From Candidatus Binatia bacterium (GTDB taxonomy: Bacteria; Desulfobacterota; Binatia; Bin18), in the NCBI GenBank assembly GCA_963666315.2, contig CAXXHG010000008.1:1-64000 (forward strand): 64,000 bases of DNA, read 5' to 3'. Each line of letters begins with the position of its first letter. Position 1 is the first letter of the stretch. Of the stretch, positions 38,521 to 48,819 are shown one piece after another. The position numbers and the translations under genes are program-made. A model generated the notes under the pieces. That model was not told the DNA's origin and did no database searches. It was given only the letters and a program-made list of their open reading frames with translations.

Positions 38521-40074
38521 ATGATGGAACTTGTTATTGGACTGCTCATGGGTGCAGCAGCTGCTGGAGGACTCGTCTTCCTGCGCCAGAAATGGAATCA
38601 AGAAACCGTACAAAGCGCAGCGGAGGCTGCGCAACAGATTATTGAAGAAGCGAAAAAAGAAGGCTCGGTCGTCAAGCGTGAAGCCCAGGTGCAGGCAAAG
38701 GATATCATTCTTCAGTCAAAATCAGAAGTTGAGAAGGAGATTAAGGAGCGCCGAAAAGAAACTCAACAGACCGAGCGACGCATCCAGGGACGTGAAGAGA
38801 CTCTAGAGAAACGTGCTGGGGCGCTGGAAGGACGCGAAGATGGGCTGGCTCGGCGAGAGCAAAGCCTCAAAAGTAAGGAAGACAATACGCACAAGAAGGA
38901 GCAGCACTACGACAGCTTGATTGACGAGACGCGCCAGCAGCTGGAACAAACGGCCGGGCTTAGTCGTGACGAGGCCAAGCAATTGCTCATGGACCAAATG
39001 GTTGACGGTGCCAGGCAAGACGCTTCTCGACGTATTATGACTATAGAGGAAGAAGCGCGGGAAGAAGCCACGCGGCGCGCGCGGAAAATTATTAGTGTTG
39101 CGATTGAGCGCTTGGCTGGAGAATTTATTTCAGAACGCACGGCCGCCGTCATTCGCCTGCCGAGCGACGATATGAAAGGGCGTATCATCGGCCGTGAGGG
39201 GCGGAATATCCGGGCGTTTGAAGCTGCGACCGGGGTGGACCTCGTCATTGACGATACCCCGGGAGCGGTTCTCATTTCGAGCCATAGTCCGATCCGGCGT
39301 GAAATTACCCGTGTGGCGTTAGAACGCCTGATTGCAGATGGTCGTATTAACCCGGGCCGCATAGAAGAAGTGGTCAAGAAAGCGGAAAGTGAAGTTGAAG
39401 AGTCCGTCCGTGAAGCAGGACAACGCGCTGTGCTCGAACTCGGTATTAACGGCGTGCATCCTGAAATCATCAAGCTCATCGGGATGCTCAAGTATCGATA
39501 TAGCTACGGCCAGAATGTCCTCATGCACTCGATAGAAACAGCCTATATATGCGGTATTATGGCTGCCGAATTAGGGCTGAATGAGAAGCAGGCGAAACGG
39601 TCCGGATTATTGCATGATATCGGAAAAGCCGTCTCGCATGAGATTGAAGGATCACATGCCATCATCGGTGGAGAAGTGGCCCGAAAGTATGGCGAGTCGG
39701 CAAAAATTGTCAACGCGATTGCCGCCCACCATGAAGAAGTTCGGGCGGAAACCGTTCTTGCGCCGCTTGTTGATGCCGCCGACGCCCTGTCCGGAGCTCG
39801 GCCCGGGGCGCGGCGAGATGTGCTGGAAAGTTATGTGCGGCGACTCGAAGACCTGGAACGGATCAGTGGATCGTTCAATGGGGTCGAAAAGTCGTTTGCT
39901 GTGCAAGCCGGACGTGAGATACGGATTATGGTCAAACCAGGCTCAGTAACGGACGGGGAGGCCTCAAGTTTAGCGAGAGAAGTCGCCAAGAAGATCGAGA
40001 GTGAGATGACTTATCCCGGCCAGATTAAGGTCATCGTCATTCGTGAGTCTCGGTCAACGGAATACGCTCGGTAA
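38521..40074 (+). CDS. rny: Ribonuclease Y
   Basis: N-terminal TM, coiled coil, KH domain (MKGRIIGREGRNIR), HD domain (LLHDIGKA), YPGQIKV. Confidence 0.97.
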   Translation: MMELVIGLLMGAAAAGGLVFLRQKWNQETVQSAAEAAQQIIEEAKKEGSVVKREAQVQAKDIILQSKSEVEKEIKERRKETQQTERRIQGREETLEKRAGALEGREDGLARREQSLKSKEDNTHKKEQHYDSLIDETRQQLEQTAGLSRDEAKQLLMDQMVDGARQDASRRIMTIEEEAREEATRRARKIISVAIERLAGEFISERTAAVIRLPSDDMKGRIIGREGRNIRAFEAATGVDLVIDDTPGAVLISSHSPIRREITRVALERLIADGRINPGRIEEVVKKAESEVEESVREAGQRAVLELGINGVHPEIIKLIGMLKYRYSYGQNVLMHSIETAYICGIMAAELGLNEKQAKRSGLLHDIGKAVSHEIEGSHAIIGGEVARKYGESAKIVNAIAAHHEEVRAETVLAPLVDAADALSGARPGARRDVLESYVRRLEDLERISGSFNGVEKSFAVQAGREIRIMVKPGSVTDGEASSLAREVAKKIESEMTYPGQIKVIVIRESRSTEYAR

Positions 40075-40077
40075 GGG

Positions 40078-41298
40078 GTGCGTATGTCCCCGTCAGTGGC
40101 AGAACAGCTTAAAGAAATCGAACGTGGAACGGTTGATATCGCTCCGCTGGAGGAATTGAAACAGAAATTCAGGCGTGGAAAGCCTCTGCGCGTTAAGTGG
40201 GGGGCGGACCCGTCCGCCCCGGACCTGCATCTCGGTCATACGGTAGTGCTGAATAAACTGCGCCAGTTCCAAGAACTGGGGCATACGGTTATTTTCTTGA
40301 TTGGCGATTTTACGGCCATGATAGGCGATCCTACCGGCCGATCCGAAACGCGTAAGCCGCTCACCCGGGAGCAAGTCAAGCGCAACGCGGAAACCTACAC
40401 CGCACAGGTTTTTAAGATCCTTGATCCGGACCGCACGGAGGTGCGCTATAACTCGGAGTGGCTCGACGCGCTCTCCTCTGCCGATATGGTGCGGCTGTGC
40501 GGCCACTATACGGTTGCCCGCTTGCTTGAGCGGGATGATTTTGCCAAGCGCTTTAAGACCGGCGTGCCCATACACGTGCATGAATTTCTGTATTCGCTGT
40601 TTCAAGGCTATGATTCTGTCGCCCTGCGTGCCGATGTTGAGCTTGGGGGAACCGATCAGCGCTTTAATCTGCTTGTCGGACGAGAGTTGCAGCGCGCGTT
40701 TGATCAAGAACCGCAAATCGTCGTCACAACGCCGATTCTCGAAGGCACTGATGGGGTGCAGAAGATGAGTAAGTCGCTCGGCAATGCCATCGGTATTACC
40801 GATCCGCCGACTGAGATGTACGGCAAGCTCATGTCCATCTCTGATGAACTGATGCTGCGCTATTATCAACTCCTGAGTGCACTGGATGCGGCCCATGTCC
40901 AGGCTATCACGGACGGCCGTATTCACCCTATGGAAGCTAAGAAGCAGCTTGCGACTGAACTCGTCGCCCGCTTTCATGACGCAGGCGCGGCTGAGGGCGC
41001 GGCTGTGGACTTTGCCCTGCGTTTTCAGCGCCGTGAGCTGCCGAGCGAGATTGCAACCTTTGTCTGGTCAGCTCCGGAACCAAAAGTGTGGATTTGTCAC
41101 CTGCTGCGCACGACCGGATTAACACGTTCGGCGAGTGAGGCCCGTCGTCTCATCCAGCAGGGCGGCGTCCGCGTCGATAGTGAACGGGTGGTAGACTCGG
41201 ACTTGAAAATTCAGGCTCAAGGAGAAACCGTTGTCCAAGTTGGCAAACGTCGCGTCCTCAAGATCGTCTTTGGGGCCGCCGAGATTCCGGCGTCCTGA
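40078..41298 (+). CDS. tyrS: Tyrosine--tRNA ligase
   Basis: [25 protein letters not shown]; C-terminal S4 domain (QVGKRR). Confidence 0.97.
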   Translation: MRMSPSVAEQLKEIERGTVDIAPLEELKQKFRRGKPLRVKWGADPSAPDLHLGHTVVLNKLRQFQELGHTVIFLIGDFTAMIGDPTGRSETRKPLTREQVKRNAETYTAQVFKILDPDRTEVRYNSEWLDALSSADMVRLCGHYTVARLLERDDFAKRFKTGVPIHVHEFLYSLFQGYDSVALRADVELGGTDQRFNLLVGRELQRAFDQEPQIVVTTPILEGTDGVQKMSKSLGNAIGITDPPTEMYGKLMSISDELMLRYYQLLSALDAAHVQAITDGRIHPMEAKKQLATELVARFHDAGAAEGAAVDFALRFQRRELPSEIATFVWSAPEPKVWICHLLRTTGLTRSASEARRLIQQGGVRVDSERVVDSDLKIQAQGETVVQVGKRRVLKIVFGAAEIPAS

Positions 41299-41306
41299 TT
41301 GTCCCC

Positions 41307-42227
41307 ATGCTGTCCCAGTCTGACGCACAGCACCCAGAGTATCGGTGTGGTTTTATCGCCCTGGTCGGGCGACCCAATGTCGGCAAATCAACCTTGCTCA
41401 ACGCCTTAGTGGGTGCTCGGGTCGCCATAGTCTCGCCGAAACCTCAGACAACGCGTACCCGTCTAACTGGGGTAAAAACGGAATCTGACACGCAGCTCAT
41501 TTTTGTTGATACGCCCGGAATTCATGCCCACGCCGGCTCATTGCTGAATCAGCGCATGGTCGATGGTGCGTTCAGAGCACTGCAAGAAACCGATGTCGCC
41601 CTTTTCCTGATCGATGCGGCGCGTGGCATTACCCCCGCCGACGAGCAGATAGCTCGGCGGGTCACGCAACTGAAGACACACGTCCTTATTGTTCTGAATA
41701 AGATAGACCTCATTCCGAAGGTCGGCCTCATTCCCCTACTGAGCCAGTTGGGGACAGTACTGCCGGAACGTGAGGTGATCCCTGTAAGCGCCCTGAAGGA
41801 AGAAAACATCGACGAGTTGCTGTCCGCTGTGAGTCGGGTCCTGCCTATAGGCCCGGCGCTCTATCCGAGCGACGAATTGACCGACCAGAGTGAGCGTGTC
41901 TTAGCCCAAGAGATGGTTCGGGAACAGCTTTTTTTTCAGACTCAGCAAGAAATTCCGTATGAGACGGCCGTCTTGGTTGAACACTTTGAGGAGCACCCGG
42001 ATAAACCGTTGCTGCGCATTCATGCCACGATCTATGTTGAACGGCCGTCACAAAAGGCCATTGTGATTGGACGAAGAGGTATCCGCCTTAAGAAGATCGG
42101 ACAGTCTGCCCGCCAGCGCATGGAAGCGTTTTTTGGCTGCGTAGTGTATCTGGAACTTTTTGTCAAGGTATCAAAAGGGTGGATGAATAGGCTGGCGATG
42201 CTGCGAGAACTCGGCCTGTCGCGTTAG
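41307..42227 (+). CDS. era: GTPase Era
   Basis: GRPNVGKST, PQTTR, DTPG, NKID; KH domain VIGRRG. Confidence 0.97.
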   Translation: MLSQSDAQHPEYRCGFIALVGRPNVGKSTLLNALVGARVAIVSPKPQTTRTRLTGVKTESDTQLIFVDTPGIHAHAGSLLNQRMVDGAFRALQETDVALFLIDAARGITPADEQIARRVTQLKTHVLIVLNKIDLIPKVGLIPLLSQLGTVLPEREVIPVSALKEENIDELLSAVSRVLPIGPALYPSDELTDQSERVLAQEMVREQLFFQTQQEIPYETAVLVEHFEEHPDKPLLRIHATIYVERPSQKAIVIGRRGIRLKKIGQSARQRMEAFFGCVVYLELFVKVSKGWMNRLAMLRELGLSR

Positions 42228-42302
42228 GGAGACCACGATCTTCCGTTCCAATGAGGAGGCCGGCCGGGTGACACACGAGCGGCACGAGAACGGAGTACCA
42301 TA

Positions 42303-43673
42303 ATGGGCTGGCTCGCCCGCTGGGGAATGATCTTGACGCGCTGGACCGAGCGCTGGGTACCCGATTCTTGGGTGATTGCGGTGATGCTGACGCTTTTTGT
42401 GGCCCTGCTGGCGCTGACCATAGGCGGGGCATCCCCGAGCGCAGCATTGATGGCCTGGGGAGACGGATTGTGGGCGTTACTGAGTCTGACCATGCAATTT
42501 ACGGTCATGATGGTGGTCGCCTATGCCTGTGCCGTATCTCCGCCTCTTAAGCGGGCGCTTATCTGGATCGCCTCTCGTCCAGATCCAGATAAGCCGCGCC
42601 AAGCCATTATGTTGATGGCCTTGTTTTCTATCCTGACGGCATGGCTGAACTGGGCCCTGAGCCTGGTCATCTCCGCTGCTTTTCTGCCTTTTATCGTACG
42701 CTCTAACCCGCGCGTTGACTTCCGCTTGGTGGTGACTTGTGCCTATTTGGGCGTGGGAACAGTTTGGCATGCCGGCCTATCCGGATCTGCGCCGCTCATC
42801 ATTGCGACGCCGGATAATTTTCTGATCGAGGCCGGCGTTTTAACCGAAACCATTCCGACCACCGAGACCATGTTTGCCGCGTTTAATCTGTGGTACGCCT
42901 TCCTGGCCGGGCTCAGCGGCATTCTCATTGCCGCTGTTCTTGTGCCACCGACTTCAGATGCAGTGACGGCGTCGCCTGAGCAAGCCGACCGCCTGGAATC
43001 TATGCATGAACCCATAGTGAAACCAGAAGCCATGCGGCCTGCGGAGAAAATGGAATGGTGGCCCGGCTGGTCCCTCATGGCGAGTGGTGCAATGTTCCTG
43101 TATTTCGTCCTGCAGGTTCGAGAAAAAGGTTTTGGACAGACCTGGACGATTGATAATTACAATCTGCTGTTTCTCGCTCTTGGCCTGCTGCTGCACTGGC
43201 ATCCAAAATCATTCCTATATGCGTGCGAGCAGGGGATTAAGAATACCTGGGGCATTGTGATCCAGTACCCCTTGTATGCGGGTATTTTTGGTCTGATGTC
43301 GTACACCGCACTCGGTGAGGTTTTGGCTGAGTTTTTTGTCAGCGTAAGTTCGCCGCGCGCTTTTCCCTCTATTGTCTATCTGTACTCCGGTGTGCTGAAT
43401 TACTTTGTGCCGTCAGGCGGCTCAAAGTGGATTGTCGAGGCGTCTTATCTCATTCCTGCGGGCCAGGCGCTGGGGCTGTCTATTCCTACTGTTACGCTCA
43501 GCTACGCGTACGGTGACATGACAACCAATCTGCTTCAGCCGTTTTGGGCTATTCCGATTCTGACCGTGGCTGGCCTAAGGTTTGGCGACATCATGGGCTA
43601 CTGCTTTCTTTTTGCCGGTTTTATGCTTATCTTTAACATCCTGGCGTTATTGCTGATTCCGCTTCAGCTCTAG
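42303..43673 (+). CDS. atoE: Short-chain fatty acid transporter (AtoE/TIGR00366)
   Basis: ERWVPDS, WHAGLSGSAPL, FVPSGG and YGD..TNLLQPFWAIP motifs. Confidence 0.88.
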   Translation: MGWLARWGMILTRWTERWVPDSWVIAVMLTLFVALLALTIGGASPSAALMAWGDGLWALLSLTMQFTVMMVVAYACAVSPPLKRALIWIASRPDPDKPRQAIMLMALFSILTAWLNWALSLVISAAFLPFIVRSNPRVDFRLVVTCAYLGVGTVWHAGLSGSAPLIIATPDNFLIEAGVLTETIPTTETMFAAFNLWYAFLAGLSGILIAAVLVPPTSDAVTASPEQADRLESMHEPIVKPEAMRPAEKMEWWPGWSLMASGAMFLYFVLQVREKGFGQTWTIDNYNLLFLALGLLLHWHPKSFLYACEQGIKNTWGIVIQYPLYAGIFGLMSYTALGEVLAEFFVSVSSPRAFPSIVYLYSGVLNYFVPSGGSKWIVEASYLIPAGQALGLSIPTVTLSYAYGDMTTNLLQPFWAIPILTVAGLRFGDIMGYCFLFAGFMLIFNILALLLIPLQL

Positions 43674-43724
43674 TCCTGAGTGCGCTGAGAGCGCTCTCTG
43701 TTTGGGACGAGAAGACCGGGCGGG

Positions 43725-44081
43725 TTAGGAATCAGTTTTCGCCGGTGTATAGATGGGGGTCGGGAACTGGGTGACCTTGCCGTCGGACTTGGAAGCCGGA
43801 TGAATCTTGCTGGAGCCGCGCTGTTCCACTTCATCGATACGGACGACCGAGTGGAGCGGAATATAGGTCCGTTCAACAGCGGAGAATTCGCGCTGCAGGC
43901 TCTCTTCTGCTGGATCGATCACCAGGCTGGATTTTTCGCCAAACAAAAGACCCTCGACTTCGACAAAGCCGAACATTCCGCCCTGCCCGACGCTTTTGGC
44001 GTAGATTTCGTATACCTTGCCTTCATTGACGAAAATGACTTTGTAAACCCTTTTTTTCCGAGATGTTCGTGTCGTTGTCAT
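43725..44081 (-). CDS. DUF1820 family protein
   Basis: YKVIFVNEGKVYEIYA, GFVEVE and YIPLHSVVRIDEVE motifs. Confidence 0.88.
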   Translation of the reverse strand: MTTTRTSRKKRVYKVIFVNEGKVYEIYAKSVGQGGMFGFVEVEGLLFGEKSSLVIDPAEESLQREFSAVERTYIPLHSVVRIDEVEQRGSSKIHPASKSDGKVTQFPTPIYTPAKTDS

Positions 44082-44156
44082 AGCGTTTGATTCTACCTTT
44101 AGGCACAAAGATTGGTCCTCGGTACGTGATTGTCAACCCGTCAGCGAGTCAAATTG

Positions 44157-45695
44157 TTAGCGGCTTCGTATCCACAGGGTGATCAGCGCGCGCTCAAACC
44201 TCTTCGCTCGTTCTGTCCACGCGCGCGCTCGTGGTGGGGTGCGGGTATCCCCAATATCTAACGCCACATCAAAAGCTGAGCGTTTAGCAAAGTTTGTGAC
44301 CAGGATAGCAAATCCCAGCCGGTGTCCGGTATGTGTGGTGAGTGTCCCGGCAAGGCCATCGGCATAGCTCATAGTTCCCGACTTTGCTTTGACTTTTGTT
44401 CGGAGTCGAGTCTTATCATCACCCCAAGCCGGATGCGGCAAGAGGTCGAGGAAGGTGCTACCGTTGTCTTGCCCCACCGGGAGCGTTGCGCCGTGGCGTA
44501 TGGCTGCGGCAAGCTGGCGCGGCGAGTGGCGTGAAGCACTACTCAAGCCCGAGTGGTTTATGCTCACAAACCGAGTCCAATCCGTCTCCGGCAGGCGACG
44601 ACGATACCAATCCGTGAGCAGGGCGCTCGAATCGGCAAGCGATAACGGCAGGTCTCGTAATGCGCGGGCCGTGACTTGGCCAATTAATTCAGCGGATAAG
44701 TTACTACTATAGCGGAGAACGTCGGCGATAATTTTTGGCAGTGGCTTGCTGTAGTGGGTATACAGCAAGCGGGCGTGAGGCGGTGCTTGAGCCGCTTGGG
44801 GAGTCGGCAGCTGAATACCACGGGTGCGACAATAGGTCCGAAACAGGGAGGCCGCCAGCCGTCCTGGTGCGTGCTTCACCGGCAGTTCCTTCACCCCCCG
44901 AGCCGGTAACTGGCGCGACAGGAGCCAGCGATCCATCTGGCTGCCATCCAGGAGGAAGGACGTCTTCGCAGCATGTCCTGCGGGCAGCAGGCCGATGCTG
45001 ATCCCAGACACAGGTAGGAAAACGCCATCGGCGGGGGAACGCAGTCGCGTCCGAAAATTCTTGGTCCCCGGCTTGCCTTTCCAACGTAACTCAACACGAT
45101 TGTAATTGAGCGAGAGGGCACTGACTCCTGGGTTGTACACGGCTGCGACCGGCTGGGTGACGTCGATCTGATCTGTCGCCGCGGTGAAGCTTTCATCAAA
45201 CAGGAAAAGTCCGCTCAGCTGTGTAATCCCGGCGGCTCTGAGTGCATCGACAAAGCCCCCCAGGTCGGTGGTGGATAACGTTGGATCACCACCCCCAACG
45301 ATATACAGGTCTCCGTCCAAGGTTGTCTGGTGGACTTCTCCGGTTGCCAACAGCAACGTCCCAAAGCGGTAGTCCGACCCCAGAATTTCTAGCGCGGCAA
45401 GCGCGGTAACGAGTTTTGTTGTGGACGCTGGGATACGAGGGGTATCCGGATCATGGGCTGAGACAACGCGGCCGGTGGCGAGATGAAACAAGATGTAGCT
45501 GACATCTGTGGCTTGGAGTGTATGCCGTTTCAGAAGACGGTTCAAAGACGGCAGGTGGGGCGTGGCTGCAGGCGCGACAGGCGCGACAGGCGGGAAGGCC
45601 CAGGCGACACCCAGCAGACCTATCAGCACGAGAGAGACACTGACTGCTGATAGCCCGCGCGTACGGAATCTCAAGGAGAGTGCGCAGAGGCGCAT
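44157..45695 (-). CDS. dacB: D-Ala-D-Ala carboxypeptidase/endopeptidase (PBP4, peptidase S13)
   Basis: PASTTK (SxxK), GGGDPTL, SSN, SGLS and AKSGT motifs. Confidence 0.9.
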   Translation of the reverse strand: MRLCALSLRFRTRGLSAVSVSLVLIGLLGVAWAFPPVAPVAPAATPHLPSLNRLLKRHTLQATDVSYILFHLATGRVVSAHDPDTPRIPASTTKLVTALAALEILGSDYRFGTLLLATGEVHQTTLDGDLYIVGGGDPTLSTTDLGGFVDALRAAGITQLSGLFLFDESFTAATDQIDVTQPVAAVYNPGVSALSLNYNRVELRWKGKPGTKNFRTRLRSPADGVFLPVSGISIGLLPAGHAAKTSFLLDGSQMDRWLLSRQLPARGVKELPVKHAPGRLAASLFRTYCRTRGIQLPTPQAAQAPPHARLLYTHYSKPLPKIIADVLRYSSNLSAELIGQVTARALRDLPLSLADSSALLTDWYRRRLPETDWTRFVSINHSGLSSASRHSPRQLAAAIRHGATLPVGQDNGSTFLDLLPHPAWGDDKTRLRTKVKAKSGTMSYADGLAGTLTTHTGHRLGFAILVTNFAKRSAFDVALDIGDTRTPPRARAWTERAKRFERALITLWIRSR

Positions 45696-45721
45696 CCGAT
45701 TTCCGATTGTCTATCCCTCCT

Positions 45722-46885
45722 TTAGCGTAACAATGCCCGCGCTATGACCATGCGGTGGACCTCGGACGGTCCCTCGCCAATACGGCGCACACGCGCCTCA
45801 CGATACCAGCGTTCAAGCGGGAACTCTTTTGAGACGCCGTATCCGCCATGGATTTGCACCGCATTATCGATCACTCGACTGAGCATTTCGCTTGAGTATA
45901 GCTTGGCGATAGAGGCTTCGACCCGGGCGTCTTCCCCCCGGTCGGCTTTCCATGCCCCGTCCCAGATGAGCCAGCGGGTGGCGCGTAGTTCTACTTCCGC
46001 ATCGGCGAGCATCCATTGAATGGCCTGGCGTTGGCTGAGTAACTCACCGAATGTCTCACGTTGTTTTGAGTATGCAATCGCCATCCGATGCGCGGCTACT
46101 GCCACGCCAAGGTTAGCCGCAGAATAGGGAAAACGGGCTTTGGTCAATAAATCGAAGCATAAATACAACCCTTGGCCTTCTTCGCCGATCAGGTTCTCCG
46201 CTGGGACACGGCAGTCCTCAAAGGAGACTTCATTCGGAAGAGAGACGGTGCGAATTGTCTGGAACGGCCGGGCAGTAAATCCAGGCGTGTCTTTGTCAAT
46301 AATAAAGCAGCTGATGCCTTTGCGCCCTTTGTCAGGATCGGTTCGGACAAAGACAACGCCCCAGTCAGCTTCATGGGCGTGGGAGATAAAAGTTTTTGTA
46401 CCATTAATCACCCACGAATCCCCATCTCGTACCGCCCGGGTGAGAATCGCTCCGGCTGGGTCTGAGCCGCCACTCGGTTCGGTGATCGCAAAAAAAGTAT
46501 ACCGCCCGTTCTGGAGTGTGGGCACGGCATATTTTTGGATTTGCTCGGGAGTGCCGGCGTAAATGGGACTCGGCGGGTAACGCCCGAACGTGCCGCAGCC
46601 GGGATTGTACAGACCCATGCGATGTTGTGCCATCTCTTCCAGCACAATGGACATACTAAAGGTATTCATCCCGCCGCCGCCATACTCTTTGGGCGCGCCA
46701 AGACACCACCAGTCTGCGGCCTTCGTCTTCGCAGCCAAGCGTTGATACACGTCGGCCGGCAAATCCGCCGCGTCCGGGTCTATGGCTTGCTCGGCTGGAA
46801 TAACTTCTTCTCGAACAAAACGCCGTATTTGATCTTTGAGCAGCTGTAGTTCTTGAGGCAGGGTATAACCCGGGAAATCACTCAT
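45722..46885 (-). CDS. Acyl-CoA dehydrogenase
   Basis: FAITEPSGGSD, NGTKTFIS, QIHGGYG and RIGEGPSEV motifs. Confidence 0.94.
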   Translation of the reverse strand: MSDFPGYTLPQELQLLKDQIRRFVREEVIPAEQAIDPDAADLPADVYQRLAAKTKAADWWCLGAPKEYGGGGMNTFSMSIVLEEMAQHRMGLYNPGCGTFGRYPPSPIYAGTPEQIQKYAVPTLQNGRYTFFAITEPSGGSDPAGAILTRAVRDGDSWVINGTKTFISHAHEADWGVVFVRTDPDKGRKGISCFIIDKDTPGFTARPFQTIRTVSLPNEVSFEDCRVPAENLIGEEGQGLYLCFDLLTKARFPYSAANLGVAVAAHRMAIAYSKQRETFGELLSQRQAIQWMLADAEVELRATRWLIWDGAWKADRGEDARVEASIAKLYSSEMLSRVIDNAVQIHGGYGVSKEFPLERWYREARVRRIGEGPSEVHRMVIARALLR

Positions 46886-46905
46886 AGGCAGTCCTTGCGG
46901 TTAAG

Positions 46906-46976
46906 GTAGGGGCGAAGCATTCTCTCTCTCACTACAGGAAACGTCTCGGCCGCACAGGAGAATGCTTCGCCCCTAC
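46906..46976. repeat. REPIN-like inverted pair of GTAG REPs
   Basis: Perfect 19-bp inverted repeat GTAGGGGCGAAGCATTCTC / GAGAATGCTTCGCCCCTAC. Confidence 0.85.
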
Positions 46977-46985
46977 GATAGGTGG

Positions 46986-47408
46986 TTAACCAGCGCGTTT
47001 GAATTTTGGAAGGGTCACCTCTGGGGTGACATCGTCAAAGACGACCTCAACTGGGAGGTCAAGCTTCAGCTCCTCTGGTGCGACATCAGTCAGCCAACTC
47101 AGCATCCGCACGCCTTCTTCCATTTCAATAATCACCGGACTGTATGGAATCAGATCCGCAAACTGCGGCAACATAGGCTGCATAGCCGTCGTCCACGAGA
47201 ACAGCTTCCCTTTGCCGGATGACTGCGCCCATTCCCAATCAAATGAGCTACACTTGGCGCACATATCGCGTGGGACATGCCGCCAGGTTTGACAGCCCGT
47301 ACAGCGCTGAAAACGGAGTTCGTGCTTTTTGCAATAATTATAGAACTCGCCCGCGAAGCCGCGCATCTTTGGGAGCGGCCGTGTATATTCTTGTGTTTCT
47401 GTTGGCAT
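46986..47408 (-). CDS. DUF35 Zn-ribbon/OB-fold protein (ChsH2 C-terminal-like)
   Basis: QRCTGC...PR..CAKC, SSGKGKLFSW, IEMEEGVRM and LPKF motifs. Confidence 0.92.
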   Translation of the reverse strand: MPTETQEYTRPLPKMRGFAGEFYNYCKKHELRFQRCTGCQTWRHVPRDMCAKCSSFDWEWAQSSGKGKLFSWTTAMQPMLPQFADLIPYSPVIIEMEEGVRMLSWLTDVAPEELKLDLPVEVVFDDVTPEVTLPKFKRAG

Positions 47409-47447
47409 GCTTGCATCCTCCGCAGTTCCTGTGTATCCGCTCCCTCT

Positions 47448-48632
47448 TTAACGGCGTAAGATCGCCAGACTCCCGTCACCAAAATCTCCCCAGCCCGTAA
47501 CCAGCCCGAGCTGGGCGTCTTTGACCTGGCGTTTGCCTGCCTCGTGACGTAACTGATGGGCGGCTTCCACGATGTGGTTCATACCCCATACATGGGCTTC
47601 TGAGTGCAGACCGCCATGCGTATTCAGCGGCAGCTCACCGTCGAGTTCAAATCGATTCCCCCGTGCAAAGTCGCCCACCTCACCACGTTTGCAAAATCCA
47701 ATGGCTTCCAGCTGAAGCAGGACGACATAGGTAAAGCAGTCATAGATTTCGGCAAAGTCGAGGTCTTTGAGGTCAACTTGCGCCATGTGGAGCGCTTTTG
47801 GGGTGGCGAAGCTGAGCCCAATCTTAAACGGGTCAGGACGGGCGGGAATGTCATCTGCCGGGTAGGGGTGGCCTTCGGCAATCCCGGAAATATACACCGG
47901 GTCATGCTTGAGATCGCGCGCGCGCTCAGGAGACGTAACGACCACTGCTGCAGCCCCATCGGTTTCTAAGCAGCAGTCAAAGAGGCGGAAGGGTTTGGAC
48001 ACCCAGCGCGCATTGAGGTAGTCCTCCATAGAGAGCGGACGGCCCTGCATATAGGCTTTGTCGTTCAGCTGGGCGTGTTTCCGCGAGGTGACGGCAATGG
48101 TACCCATGGCTTCGTCCGGGGTGCCGTACAGCGCTTTATGCCGAGTGGCCAGCCAGGCGTACCATTGGACCGGAACGTTCGCCCCGTAGGGGAGATAATA
48201 TTCTCCAATGGTGTTTGCCAGTGCCCCTGGAGCGCCGCCGCCGCCACCATTCGCCTTCTTTTTCCCACCCATATCGCGCACGCGCATAGTGGAATAGCCG
48301 TTCCAGCCGAGCGGGACTAAGACGTTCTTTGCCACGCCGCAGGCCACGGCCATGGTTGCGCTCTGGAGCGAGGTGATGGGACTCGCCCCACCCATATGGA
48401 CGGTGACGGCGTAGCGGAGGTCTTCTATGCCCAGGTTGGCGGCAAAATGTTCAGACGTTGCGGCCAGAGGCGGGGGGATGATGCCGGCGATATCATGCGG
48501 GCTCAGGCCTGCATCGGTTATCGCGTTTACCGATGCTTCGAGCATGAGTGCTAGGTCAGTCTTCCCCGAGCCGCGCGTATACGCGGTCTCCCCGACGCCT
48601 ACGATACAGGCTTGATCTTTCAGCGCGTACAT
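47448..48632 (-). CDS. Non-thiolytic thiolase-superfamily protein (SCP-x/Ltp2-type aldolase)
   Basis: IVGVGET, DCCLETDGAAA, EIYDCFT and NTHGGLHSEAH motifs; GGAS where canonical thiolases have the catalytic Cys. Confidence 0.88.
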   Translation of the reverse strand: MYALKDQACIVGVGETAYTRGSGKTDLALMLEASVNAITDAGLSPHDIAGIIPPPLAATSEHFAANLGIEDLRYAVTVHMGGASPITSLQSATMAVACGVAKNVLVPLGWNGYSTMRVRDMGGKKKANGGGGGAPGALANTIGEYYLPYGANVPVQWYAWLATRHKALYGTPDEAMGTIAVTSRKHAQLNDKAYMQGRPLSMEDYLNARWVSKPFRLFDCCLETDGAAAVVVTSPERARDLKHDPVYISGIAEGHPYPADDIPARPDPFKIGLSFATPKALHMAQVDLKDLDFAEIYDCFTYVVLLQLEAIGFCKRGEVGDFARGNRFELDGELPLNTHGGLHSEAHVWGMNHIVEAAHQLRHEAGKRQVKDAQLGLVTGWGDFGDGSLAILRR

Positions 48633-48819
48633 AACTGCCTCCTTGTTTCTGTACTCACGGCGCAGATCGTATACTGGGGATGGGCGGATTGTAAAGCCGA
48701 AGTTGTAGGGTCGGCTTTGACTCGTATTGGTTGGGTTGGTAGGCTGCTTGTGTTGATGATACGTCACTAAAAGTTTTTCAATATGACTAATGTGATTTAG
48801 GCACAAGGTGAGAGACCGT

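Noticed and set aside
40093-40977. Long antisense ORFs (this 294-aa one, also 3780-4517, 15914-16549 and 60510-61181)
   Set aside because: Shadow frames of well-supported genes in GC-rich DNA; no motifs and no RBS.
48633-48819. SAM riboswitch upstream of metF
   Set aside because: No SAM-I or SAM-II core motifs are recognisable; only a simple AAAGCCGA/TCGGCTTT hairpin.
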